From a virus (lineage: Duplodnaviria > Caudoviricetes), in IMG/VR virus record IMGVR_UViG_3300032281_000614, positions 1-60,782 of that record: a stretch of 60,782 nt of DNA; one strand, 5' to 3'. Position 1 is the first letter of the stretch. The number at the start of each line of letters is the position of its first letter. Positions 49,801 through 56,034 of this stretch are shown in pieces. The notes under the pieces were generated by a model, which saw only the letters and a program-made list of their open reading frames with translations, ran no database searches and was not told where the DNA came from. The translations under genes and the position numbers were made by a program.

Positions 49801-52166
49801 GTACCCGCAAATGTACTGCGAGTTAATTGGCTAAGACTCTTACCATTTGATATCGAACCAGTAGTGGTATCAAAACTACTATTGTAAACGTCAAATAGTG
49901 GTTCTTGTTGAGATTGTGTTTTTTGTTGGCTTTCTAACCAATTGACCCCATCGTACCACCAATAGCTACCTTTATATTGTCCATCAGTTATCACAACAGT
50001 ATCATATGTTTCAACATCACCATCATCTGCTTTAGTTAACTTAATATATTTGGGTCCGTTTGGTATACCGAGGCTATCAACAGTATACTGCACTAAGTTA
50101 AGCGTATAAACTTTGTTTCGTACCAATAGATCTTGATCTGCGGCAAATACTACACGCATTCCATCAGTTAATGTAACTCCAAATGCCGTGCTTAAAACAC
50201 GTCCTTCATAGTCATTAAATGCGTCTAATGTTGTGGTATCTAAAATATCAATTGGAAATTTACCTACTCGCCCATTATTAAATAATAGTATGTCACCTTC
50301 AAATTGTATAATTGGACGTTTAGCTCTTTGATCCTGATTAAATATTGAGATTTCTCTGCGATATTCAGCAGTTGCTGAGATCACATCTCGATGAAACCAT
50401 CGATTATTTCGTGACCACGGATTACGATCTTTACTAACACGATTGATTGTAATATATTCAGGAAATATTTGATCGGGATAATTGAGTGCGTTTTCATCAT
50501 TATATGATTCAGGAGTTACTAATTCATCAATAGGTACTAAATCAATGCCTCCAACGAGATCACCAACGCTTTCAACATAGTACTGATTGTTTTGATATGA
50601 TGCTGGTAATACATCAGATGAAAACTGTATTTTAAGGCCAGACGTAAATTCTATACCGTTAGGGCTGGTATAATTTAGTTTACCGAGGATATCTGTTTCT
50701 ACATCAATTTTCCAATCGTTGTAATCAACAATCTTAAATGATGTATTAATCTCAGACGCAATCTCATCTTGTGCAAATAATATATTAGCTAAACTACTGA
50801 GCAGTGGGGTCTGATAAAAGAACCCATCATAATCTTTGTAATATTCTTTGTTAGCATTAGTTACACCGTATCTAACATACACTTTTTGATCAATAGCTAC
50901 ATCTCGTATGTGCACCATTTTGATCAAAGGATCGTTAATACCAATATTAACAAATTGTACACGCCAGATTCCATAACGTAAATCATACGGAACCAATGCA
51001 CCAGCATCATAACCAGTTGAAGTAAATGTATAAGTTCCGCTGGCATTAGCAATAAATGGTGAACTTAAAGTAATGTTAGCACCGCTGACACTGACTACAG
51101 TAGTATTGGCTACAATACCTGTACCAGAAATTATCAAGTTAGCTGAAATATTAGTACCAGATGCTAATCTAATATTTGAACTACCGACCGTACCGCCACT
51201 GACTACTGTAGTATTGGCAATTACTACATTGGGTGCTGTCCAAATTTCATCGCCGCGATTATTATATTGATCTTGATCGACGAATACTAATTCTTTACCA
51301 TTGAATTGCCCAATAATTCCACCGTATTGCGGAAATTTGGTGACAAAGTTGCTGACAGTACTATTTTGAAAATCACTGTAAACCAACGGAGCAGCATAGT
51401 CAACACTGGCTATAGTTGGCATGTTGACAAATCTATCTTGTGCTGTTTTCTGTGGAATATAAAATGTTATAGTACCATTGTCAGTTCCATTATTTTCTAC
51501 TCCAAGCACATCACGTGAACTTAGTGTTGGAGTGGCCGACAGGACTCCATCTGTACCTAATTCAGTTTGTATCCAAAAAGGATAACCTGGTTGGTCGATA
51601 ACAAATTTATAAATGCCGCCACGTGGTAATGTAACACTATTGTCAATTGCGCCATTGGTAGTATAAATGTAAGTGCCAGTGGCTGTATCACGAGTGACAT
51701 TATAGGTCCTTTCAAGTTCTATACCAGTAGTGTCAACTTCTACAGGATCGGGACCATCGGGTAACCAATAGTATTGGCTAAAGTTAACAAACTTATCAAA
51801 ACTAATTAAAGGATCAAATGTGTAATATTCGTTGTTGAATAGTCGATTTTGATCGTCAGTGAATCCACCATAATACTTAATCTTATTAAGATAATCAACG
51901 TAATTACTAAAGAATGTAACATTGTTTTGATCATCTCGAACTACAGTACTTGGCTCAAGTTGATAATCTCGTCTATCGTTTGAGTCTTCACGTATGTAAC
52001 TATCACCATTCTTATATGTTGGTGCAAATTTTCGACCAACATAACCATATAAATTTGTCAGTGTAGGTTCACTAACCAGTTGATCCATGGTCGCTGATAA
52101 AAATTTCTCGTTCGTATCAGTTTGGAATACTGTAGGTAAAAAATTACGGGTTTTTCTTACGGCCAT
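37833..52166 (-). CDS. Giant virion structural protein (4777 aa), probable baseplate wedge/receptor platform
   Basis: One uninterrupted ORF downstream of the gp6-like gene; FG-GAP-like repeats, GxGY motifs, repeated [AV]N[VI]GDYITQ modules. Confidence 0.8.
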   Translation of the reverse strand: MAVRKTRNFLPTVFQTDTNEKFLSATMDQLVSEPTLTNLYGYVGRKFAPTYKNGDSYIREDSNDRRDYQLEPSTVVRDDQNNVTFFSNYVDYLNKIKYYGGFTDDQNRLFNNEYYTFDPLISFDKFVNFSQYYWLPDGPDPVEVDTTGIELERTYNVTRDTATGTYIYTTNGAIDNSVTLPRGGIYKFVIDQPGYPFWIQTELGTDGVLSATPTLSSRDVLGVENNGTDNGTITFYIPQKTAQDRFVNMPTIASVDYAAPLVYSDFQNSTVSNFVTKFPQYGGIIGQFNGKELVFVDQDQYNNRGDEIWTAPNVVIANTTVVSGGTVGSSNIRLASGTNISANLIISGTGIVANTTVVSVSGANITLSSPFIANASGTYTFTSTGYDAGALVPYDLRYGIWRVQFVNIGINDPLIKMVHIRDVAIDQKVYVRYGVTNANKEYYKDYDGFFYQTPLLSSLANILFAQDEIASEINTSFKIVDYNDWKIDVETDILGKLNYTSPNGIEFTSGLKIQFSSDVLPASYQNNQYYVESVGDLVGGIDLVPIDELVTPESYNDENALNYPDQIFPEYITINRVSKDRNPWSRNNRWFHRDVISATAEYRREISIFNQDQRAKRPIIQFEGDILLFNNGRVGKFPIDILDTTTLDAFNDYEGRVLSTAFGVTLTDGMRVVFAADQDLLVRNKVYTLNLVQYTVDSLGIPNGPKYIKLTKADDGDVETYDTVVITDGQYKGSYWWYDGVNWLESQQKTQSQQEPLFDVYNSSFDTTTGSISNGKSLSQLTRSTFAGTKLFGYLKSTAGVNDSVLGFPLSYKNFSTQGDIEFQNYFATDTFSYADEGIILDNINISSMGFLQKINSRYVLQPRNTWQTVVEPSKQYQQIGYVYDGTSNIFPIDVTPVTSASIPYVKVFKNFRYLTSDQWVLVSNQIRLTIGQKFIGDGITTQYKLTNVTSTVDGVLVLINGIARKASGLYTVDNLAINFSTAPKQGDIIDIRVIDTPTIGDKIDILVYSNEISKLGYYQVPLNLDLNAQNTNVDVLTLGGIRNHLVALGQNSTTLIGDVIGISNLRDIDIKQQGGSILQHSAPVPYGELFLLDQQANFVDAIRYAQREYARFKNKFLELSTTLTGIQPTDPVASVDLIMAEINKIKNTSFPWFYSDMIPYGTLKNTLNYTVFNPLDKDYEITNVFSDTTLGNTAILVYLNDSQLIKDVDYKFRTDRPAVTILTDIAVDDIITFVEYANTDGSYVPETPTKLGLWSKFVPRKFNDNTYRTPIDVIRGHDGSITPAFGDYRDDILLELEKRIFNNIKLPDTGTYNDIIRTIPGKFRDSEYTLTEITQLVSKNFQSWVGNNKLDFNTNSTFESNDLFTWNYGLVNDRIDGEKLPGSWRACYQYFYDTVYPHLFPWEMLGFSVEPDWWQTYYGPAPYTSGNQLLWQDLEVGRIRYGVRAGIDTNYARPGLTTIIPVDENGNLLPPASLLTASYNATRCASAWAVGQYGPVEYVWRISSDFPYAVQQAIALATPGKYFGLNIDTYNYSPYNAVTQLLTNADYITQYLNYTTKNHLTQNDIRYNGESINGIIYRGAGYLNWITDYLISQGVNPSNKISTMLKNYQVNLAYKLAGFTDQTYLNVLAEQTSPGSTNDTIVIPNENYKVYLNKSTPTQKLVYSAVIVEKTTNGYSIRGYDLNNPFFTIIPSTINNNAERISVLNSSATIFRDYQNLKLVVPYGYEFTSQQQIVDFLISYQRYLLAQGFVFTDNDDGLGELRNWKLSSKEFLYWSQQGWKPGSIIVLSPVANSLKAISIQSISDGISDSQYGSRIVDQNFKLIKNNDYEVLRDPNNFRITISNPASVIGYVEVDLVQYEHVLIFDNTTVFNDIIYKPELGNRQYRLKLQGQKTADWDGSLYAPGFIYNSGVIDAWQPGKDYLRGDLVNYKNQYYTALQNIIASTDFQFGYWKQIASSEIQTGILPNFSTIASESQAYYDSYPNIDSKKQIEYSHGLIGFRPREFLSNLGLTQTTQIEFYKGYIKQKGTMNSINQLIDAKFNNMTSNISLYEEWAIRIGTYGALDVNPYIEIALDEKKFGVNPSLAQFVGDANSNLGNGETIFNKSQLYKSTNQFNGNIALNRTESSNYDNDIKTAGYVNVDDVDATIYDLANYVELDSQIGEIGTGYTIWCAKDFSQDWNVYRITETNNFVISVTNSLDNYITWTSDTPHGLSVNDIFFVRNFDTDYDGFYQVYKVVDLNNVMVKYSKTVQNLTTLTGKGLFFVLNSMRFLYMEDCRVYGLSNPPNGWRVGEKIWIDDDAETSAVQGQPFGTQPNGTWKVYEKQQPWAVKQALPKSSLEYASGDGYGTSLKMSADGLTVVTGSPFKGNGVVNTFVKDYQGDFREAFTIKPAPFDYDVYGFGATVDLSIGESSATRLAIGAPSSYGNVGYVMTYVRSPSSNSFDISQILVGDTTNPKKDLFGSSIAYNQDGNWLYVGAPGNDKVYIYGLNRFVPYQSQTISVNNLNIISLANLAGAGSITSNVGDVITEPITGAVIKVTATTWPTASSNVTVNSLTNIVPLPGTTNNLANITVSAAISANIGSYVYQSTSSANVFLFRGVAGSNKVYGFYQDANRFDTTGWLSVNGANAAVKPTYVGSGNLFLNGVDTGLYANATFTTATTSNINLASYGFIPAVTNDARSLLVKSGVKTYIPNIEYTLTGNIINFTSNVAQNDIIVTQQPYYALLGNVTGNTGSNFGFALSSSFDGAQLAVGAPLDNVLGFSGAGAVWVYDRVIEAFNSTGGSDYITQNTIGQVYRVTIDGIEVFNYSIVGANTVRFITPPAVGRVILIETNKFSLLEKLIGIDSLEGGTSAIQANAFFGTSLTICSNNCAIYIGAPNYDNGIEFNTGAVWKFHNRGRLYGTDTGTVLNPVFTPGDSIRLDNFEITVSGRLMPTTSGNILTLNSDVVVKVGDYITQTGSSANLTVLANVIYGQSVTVSGDWSSLNYGYGNVIAVNGANIVAYPMVSLDSLVKDINDANLLGISAVNENGYFRLDSDSTVAKNLLRILSGTTQPNSAGVLAASDMIVFAFMQIIINPYGTAGEYFGNKVKLAANAYMLVIGSARGTTRGYTTFDTNTTVLDNNSTALFDQIQGSGSVYIYELYDDPRNEVEHPGRYAFAQQLSTGDLNTGDQFGYALDIEGTYVTVSAPGDDTVLSDAGSVYIFENPTMTRGWKLIRYQQPKVDIDSVSRIYLYNSQTNIILDNLQFIDPAKGRILGQAEQEISYKTEYDPAIYNRGNNTNADINLDTYWNDNQVGQVWWNLSLVRFIDYEQDTLVYRSRYWGELFPGSEIEVCEWVESNVLPSRYVSSGGDGVPKYADDGAYVEIVFVDPTTNIIGSKYYYWVKNRTGVDPNDPARNLPTSSIADIIANPKNQGITYAAVIDTRAIILYNVAQYLSAKNTILHFDYQLIINTNIIHSEYELVQKNNPLDFVPDKIVNKLVDSLAGLDSLGSVVPDPKLSLADRYGIEVRPRQSMFVDRLTAINEMVDYVNSVLIEKPIVRQYDISQLQSAEAQPNSNSGAYNLKIATEIELNYIDTGGLPIGYKILVEEDTTQDNLWVIYQLTNNRTWEIIQVQSYKTNLYWEYVDWYAPGFGPTEVIEYVVDTLVDALKLPVAGGDEILVKVSNAIGGGFNILTVLNDGSFQVVGIENGTIQLNTSLGNYADNALGFGNQGYATNRYDQNPNLEIRNIIYALKEDIFINELQGEFNNLFFVLVNFLFTEQKYVDWIFKTSFISATHDLRTLSQFPSYIRDNQTYYQSYIEEVKPYRTKIREYLLNYTGNDIYQSTVTDFDLPPYYDTTLKIFRGPSGEYIETDSAIWQTYPYNQWYDNRKFTVGSILVETPGLGYNIPPLVTIVSGAGGGGGATATAYIDGDTGSVTHIVVDNPGAGYISTPTVVVNGSATIPATAYAVIKNSQVRSFDTALKFDRITYTSIVTEWAANTTYYKTVFGANGRVISGNIVTHVDGAGIRSAYAVNANITTGNTFINSDYTVFAANAFTNANDRIVGYYQPSTTMPARDLNQLVPGVDYPGVQVQGAKFNETPLFGGTFDLGTFDNISYDSDGNPMLSNESIDSIIQSNYTDAALGTRPEDINVDGGAYVDRYSSHAPEEMIPGILFDTLDMRVFTQDGPHIYGYRIFNNMLRQTNYIRISDNQTTTLANALSLTDNVIVVTDPTVLPKSDASTIPPYMGVVFIGAERITYWRNYYKDQTTWTAGTAYSNSSVLRYGNVITFNGNISVNVNNYILQPSSNANARVTALGMSNNSVYVAYTNTNVFTLGSGNIQVTGPGFAEIQMSGAITANIGNYITQASSGANLRVMANVSANANVVVAYSGVFGANIGYGNIQINGVEITIPYSTGNVLHPWANVGVHPFIANLNGVVPQAIAPITSANAYFITTNVMPATSTFDSTLVEILPNINTLGQIRRGTQGTSVANTYPVGTLVTDASVQQTIPDISTTNVKFIQLQFSANITANVGDYITQPSTGAGFRVISTATDTPNVSLTYIGTFKANIGQTVSNANVITLSGNITTIYPVSINSLATLSETVTLQPSYTVRFSNAISYINSNANVISANVGDTITQLTSGTSATILAFENAAGNLILVSYNNTNRFNLLSGNVVAASNVALNGFYTGNTYPISSNIAGFIGLTDGGNVNVVVGTSDVATIKSNTQLQQSNVWYNLGTGTATDGTGLAGATTVPALFIKSELAILNATSIKADELTTEDAINMLTTEDGTVITEE

Positions 52167-52196
52167 TATGTTATTTTCTCATCAACTTTATTATAT

Positions 52197-55100
52197 TTAA
52201 GCTATTACAACTTGTCCGGTTTGATTGATCTGTGCTGCTGTAATTGCGCTGATAATCTGTATGTTGTCTACTGTTGCGCAACTGATTATAATCTCATTAA
52301 AATTTGCATTAATCTGTAACAGACTACCAAATGCACTGCTTTGACTCGAAGGAACAATTAAAATACTTGAAATAGTGGGGGCTAAATTAGTATGTAGGTA
52401 TGCTGCCAATTCACTAAAATAAAATGTTTCACCAAAGTCCCAATTGGAAATATCAAAATATGTATTAATAGCCCCAATCACCGATGTTTTAACATCATTA
52501 TCGCTGATAACTATACTCGGATTCTTAACTACTTTGAAAATAGCCTGTAGAGTAGGTTCTGCTTTTGCTCCAAAAATAGGTTTAAATTTAGCTGGATTGT
52601 AGATGATTGTATCTGATATGGTTTTATAATTTTCAAGTCCACTGTAATTTAAAGACAATGTTTCACTGGTTGGTGCTGTTGGCTCAGCTACCACACCCGA
52701 TGTATCTTGAACCCAAGCAGTATAATCTGTAGCGTATTGTTTGGTTAAGATATACAAGTCAATGATATTATTTGGACTGGGATCGATGCGACGATAGTTT
52801 GGTGTATTGTGGCGATATTGGAAATATAAATCTTGGCGACCTACCTTAGCTGTATACCCAGTTACAAGATTCAAGGAATAATTTGCACCGCTAATTGCCA
52901 ATTGGTAGAAATTATTCAATGGTGGTATATAGAATAGTTGACCATCTTGATATAGTGTTTTAGCTATTTCTGCATCTCTGAGAGTATTGTATGTCGATAT
53001 AACAGTATTAGCATCCACCGGTGTTTGGGCAACAAAATTATCATAATCGTATGTTTCTTGGAAATAGACATACTTGCTGTTGGGATTTATCGACGGATCT
53101 ACTATCAATTCAAATAGTTCTGGATTATCGGGGATCCCGTCGGTGTTAGTGTCAGGGAATGTTATATATATCTTGTTAGGATTTTCGTACCCATCAGCTT
53201 CAATAATACTCTTTAAGACATACCACTGATAATCAAGTGCTAATGAGCTTGCCGAGTCTGGTTGGCTGTTCATCTTTAGGACTTTAACTTGATCGTGTAC
53301 TGTTAGTCCAGTTTTAGGATCAAAGGCCTTGACCGTATCATCAAAATAAAAATTAGTTTCTAATACGCTTTCAAATACGTAATTTAATCCTCGATAAAAT
53401 ACTGTATAGGTTTGACCTAATGTTTGGAATCGTATGATCCAGCTGGAGTCTAATCCATTACCACTGGTGTCACCTGTGTAGGTTAAATTAAATGCACTAA
53501 CTGAATCAAGATCTTGTGGAGCAATAATTTTCCAAGAAGTAGAATTTACATCGTAACGAAGACCAAAATCCTCAAATGCCTGAACATAACTGATCATTGA
53601 CGAAATTAATGTTGTTGAAAAATCTAAGCTGAATACTGCAAACACTTTGTCTGCAATAGCCCCCTCAGGAACTGTCTGGTTTAAGGTAATAGGCCCTGAT
53701 CCATTAGTAAGATTACCTATTCCTCCGTTGGTTCCGTCCCCAACTACCAATTCGACTGATGTATAGATGTAATATTTGTCACCGCTTTTACCTGGTGTAC
53801 CAACTTGAATTGTATTTTGTGCATCAAAATAATTACCTGTGCCGGCCGAAAATCTTAAGATAGCACCTTGACGTACATACTTGTTAGCACTACTAACCAC
53901 AGTACCAATTTGCAATATTTTTCCGGTTGAGTCATAAAAATAACCTGTTGATCCGTTGGTGATAGCTGTTGAGAAATGCCAATAGATATCAGTTAAATTA
54001 ATCAATGGATAGTTTGCATAAAAATATTGTAGCGTTTCTTTTTCAGATACTATAGGTTTAACTTGATTGTTAATAACTTTATAAATGTCGTTAGTAGTAA
54101 TATAGTCAAAACCAAAAGATTTAGTAAAATAATCTCTGTATAACATTCCATCCTGACAGAAAATATTTGTACTTGAATACTTGCCGGTAGTATCAATAAC
54201 ATCTAAGTAGCGTGATACCCCACTGCTGGTACGATTAACTGCTTTGGCCTTTAATACATCACTAAACAATGTATAAGGTAAGATATTATAGTCTTCGCCT
54301 GTGACCATACGATTCTGTGTATAGTATTGTTGTGGTGCTTTTTGACGAATATCTTCAATGGTTTCTCTGCTGACAGCATTAGCTATAGTATATTGTAGGC
54401 TCGCACGAATTGTAATAGTTTCAATTCTACCTGTGTGACTTACGTAATTAATTGGAACTACTATGCCCTGCATTTCTGTTGGAGTTATTTTATAGTTCAA
54501 TCCATTGCTTGTTCTATAATAGATGCGGAAAGTACCTTGTGGAACATTGGCGAACGATCCATCACCAAACACTAAATCAATTTGATCTCCAGCACGACTA
54601 TTAACTTGATAGATATTTCTGTTAGTAGTTTGATTATAGATAACATTAGTTACATTAACCGCCGGAACCTGTGACCATAACACGTCAGGCTGACCATTTT
54701 TATTTAAACTATAAACCCACACATCGTTATTATTAATATTATCAACATTGATGCTGTAAACACGATTGGGTAAACTTTCTAAGAAATTAACATCTACACT
54801 TGCTAATGTTCCTTGTTTGAAATAAGTAAAATATCCTGTATTAGAGCTGTAATTACCTAAACCGTCGTTTTTGTATAAAATATTAAAAGGTAAATTGGGT
54901 CTTGGTGCTACTTCATAGATGTAACTTTTTTCAATACTGGTTGGACTTACCATCTCAAAATCAGTTGTTGACCCTTCAATACTTGCAGTAAAACTGTAAG
55001 TAGGTACTATGCTGGATACTAAATTAATCTGATATTCGTTATTAGTAATTCCATTAATTACTTGACTATTGCTGGGTTTACTTATAGTTTGATTGCTGAG

Positions 55101-55592
55101 CAAGGACGCATTAATTACAGCAGTAAATTGTTCTTGCCAATTGTCATTTGCTGAATCGGCCCAGGTGATCACTAAACCACTTAAATTAATACCATTGCTA
55201 TCATAAAGGTTTTCTGTAGTGCTTACACTATCAAATTTTAAAAATCCTTGGCTATTAATATTACGTTTAGGATTGTAGGAAATTAGGCGAGCAAGTTTAA
55301 GAATACTGTCACGACGTTGTGCAGTATCAATAAAGTTTTCACGGGCATTTAAGTCGCCGCGGAAAGCAATACTTTGACCCAAAAACGCAATAGTATCAAT
55401 TAATGCAATAAATTCACTAGATTCAATAAAGTCATTGAAATCTTCTGGGTAGTACAAGCGAAGATAATCAACCATTGACTTGCGAAGTGTTTCGTAGTCA
55501 TAGCTTTGAAAGTCTGCATTGCGGAATGTTTGATAGAGCTTGGTCCAGTCTTCAGCTACTAATAAACTAGTTTGTCGTGTTGTGGTTGCCAT
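52197..55592 (-). CDS. Baseplate wedge subunit (T4 gp6/BaseplateJ-like)
   Basis: DFIESSE, ENFIDTAQRRDSI.KLARLISYNPKR, LVFGDG, ETIEDIR..AP..YYTQNRMVTGEDY. Confidence 0.88.
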   Translation of the reverse strand: MATTTRQTSLLVAEDWTKLYQTFRNADFQSYDYETLRKSMVDYLRLYYPEDFNDFIESSEFIALIDTIAFLGQSIAFRGDLNARENFIDTAQRRDSILKLARLISYNPKRNINSQGFLKFDSVSTTENLYDSNGINLSGLVITWADSANDNWQEQFTAVINASLLSNQTISKPSNSQVINGITNNEYQINLVSSIVPTYSFTASIEGSTTDFEMVSPTSIEKSYIYEVAPRPNLPFNILYKNDGLGNYSSNTGYFTYFKQGTLASVDVNFLESLPNRVYSINVDNINNNDVWVYSLNKNGQPDVLWSQVPAVNVTNVIYNQTTNRNIYQVNSRAGDQIDLVFGDGSFANVPQGTFRIYYRTSNGLNYKITPTEMQGIVVPINYVSHTGRIETITIRASLQYTIANAVSRETIEDIRQKAPQQYYTQNRMVTGEDYNILPYTLFSDVLKAKAVNRTSSGVSRYLDVIDTTGKYSSTNIFCQDGMLYRDYFTKSFGFDYITTNDIYKVINNQVKPIVSEKETLQYFYANYPLINLTDIYWHFSTAITNGSTGYFYDSTGKILQIGTVVSSANKYVRQGAILRFSAGTGNYFDAQNTIQVGTPGKSGDKYYIYTSVELVVGDGTNGGIGNLTNGSGPITLNQTVPEGAIADKVFAVFSLDFSTTLISSMISYVQAFEDFGLRYDVNSTSWKIIAPQDLDSVSAFNLTYTGDTSGNGLDSSWIIRFQTLGQTYTVFYRGLNYVFESVLETNFYFDDTVKAFDPKTGLTVHDQVKVLKMNSQPDSASSLALDYQWYVLKSIIEADGYENPNKIYITFPDTNTDGIPDNPELFELIVDPSINPNSKYVYFQETYDYDNFVAQTPVDANTVISTYNTLRDAEIAKTLYQDGQLFYIPPLNNFYQLAISGANYSLNLVTGYTAKVGRQDLYFQYRHNTPNYRRIDPSPNNIIDLYILTKQYATDYTAWVQDTSGVVAEPTAPTSETLSLNYSGLENYKTISDTIIYNPAKFKPIFGAKAEPTLQAIFKVVKNPSIVISDNDVKTSVIGAINTYFDISNWDFGETFYFSELAAYLHTNLAPTISSILIVPSSQSSAFGSLLQINANFNEIIISCATVDNIQIISAITAAQINQTGQVVIA

Positions 55593-55612
55593 CGTTATTT
55601 CCTAATATTAAG

Positions 55613-55619
55613 TATTTAT
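55613..55619 (-). promoter_or_regulatory. Putative T4-late-like promoter (ATAAATA)
   Basis: Intergenic, 20 nt upstream of ATG 55592. Confidence 0.5.
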
Positions 55620-55639
55620 CAGGAAAAATAACTGCGTAG

Positions 55640-56026
55640 TTAATTACTTGAGGTGAGGGTTATGGTTTTACTGCTATTATCAAACTGCATATTCATTATG
55701 CTGGTTTGATTAGTTTGTAGATAACGTAATTCTAAAAGTATTTGTATGCCTTGATCATATTCTGTGATAACAATATTATCAAAACTTACACGAGGATCAT
55801 AGCTGGCAATGGCTTTGACATCTTCTTGTATTACTGATTTGAGATCTTCAGTAAAGGGTTCGTGTAGTACATTCCATATAATAGTGCCAAAGCTAGGATT
55901 CATTAGCTTTTCACCTTTGCGGATATAGAAATGATTGAGAATGTCTCTTCGTACAAGTTCAAAGTCCGTAATACGGAACTTTTTATTTTGTACTAAAGTA
56001 CTAAATCCTTTATACATAGTAGCCAT
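55640..56026 (-). CDS. Baseplate wedge subunit, gp25/GPW family
   Basis: ILNHFYIRKGEKLMNPSFG...EP...YDPRV; 128 aa. Confidence 0.9.
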   Translation of the reverse strand: MATMYKGFSTLVQNKKFRITDFELVRRDILNHFYIRKGEKLMNPSFGTIIWNVLHEPFTEDLKSVIQEDVKAIASYDPRVSFDNIVITEYDQGIQILLELRYLQTNQTSIMNMQFDNSSKTITLTSSN

Positions 56027-56034
56027 AATAATAC

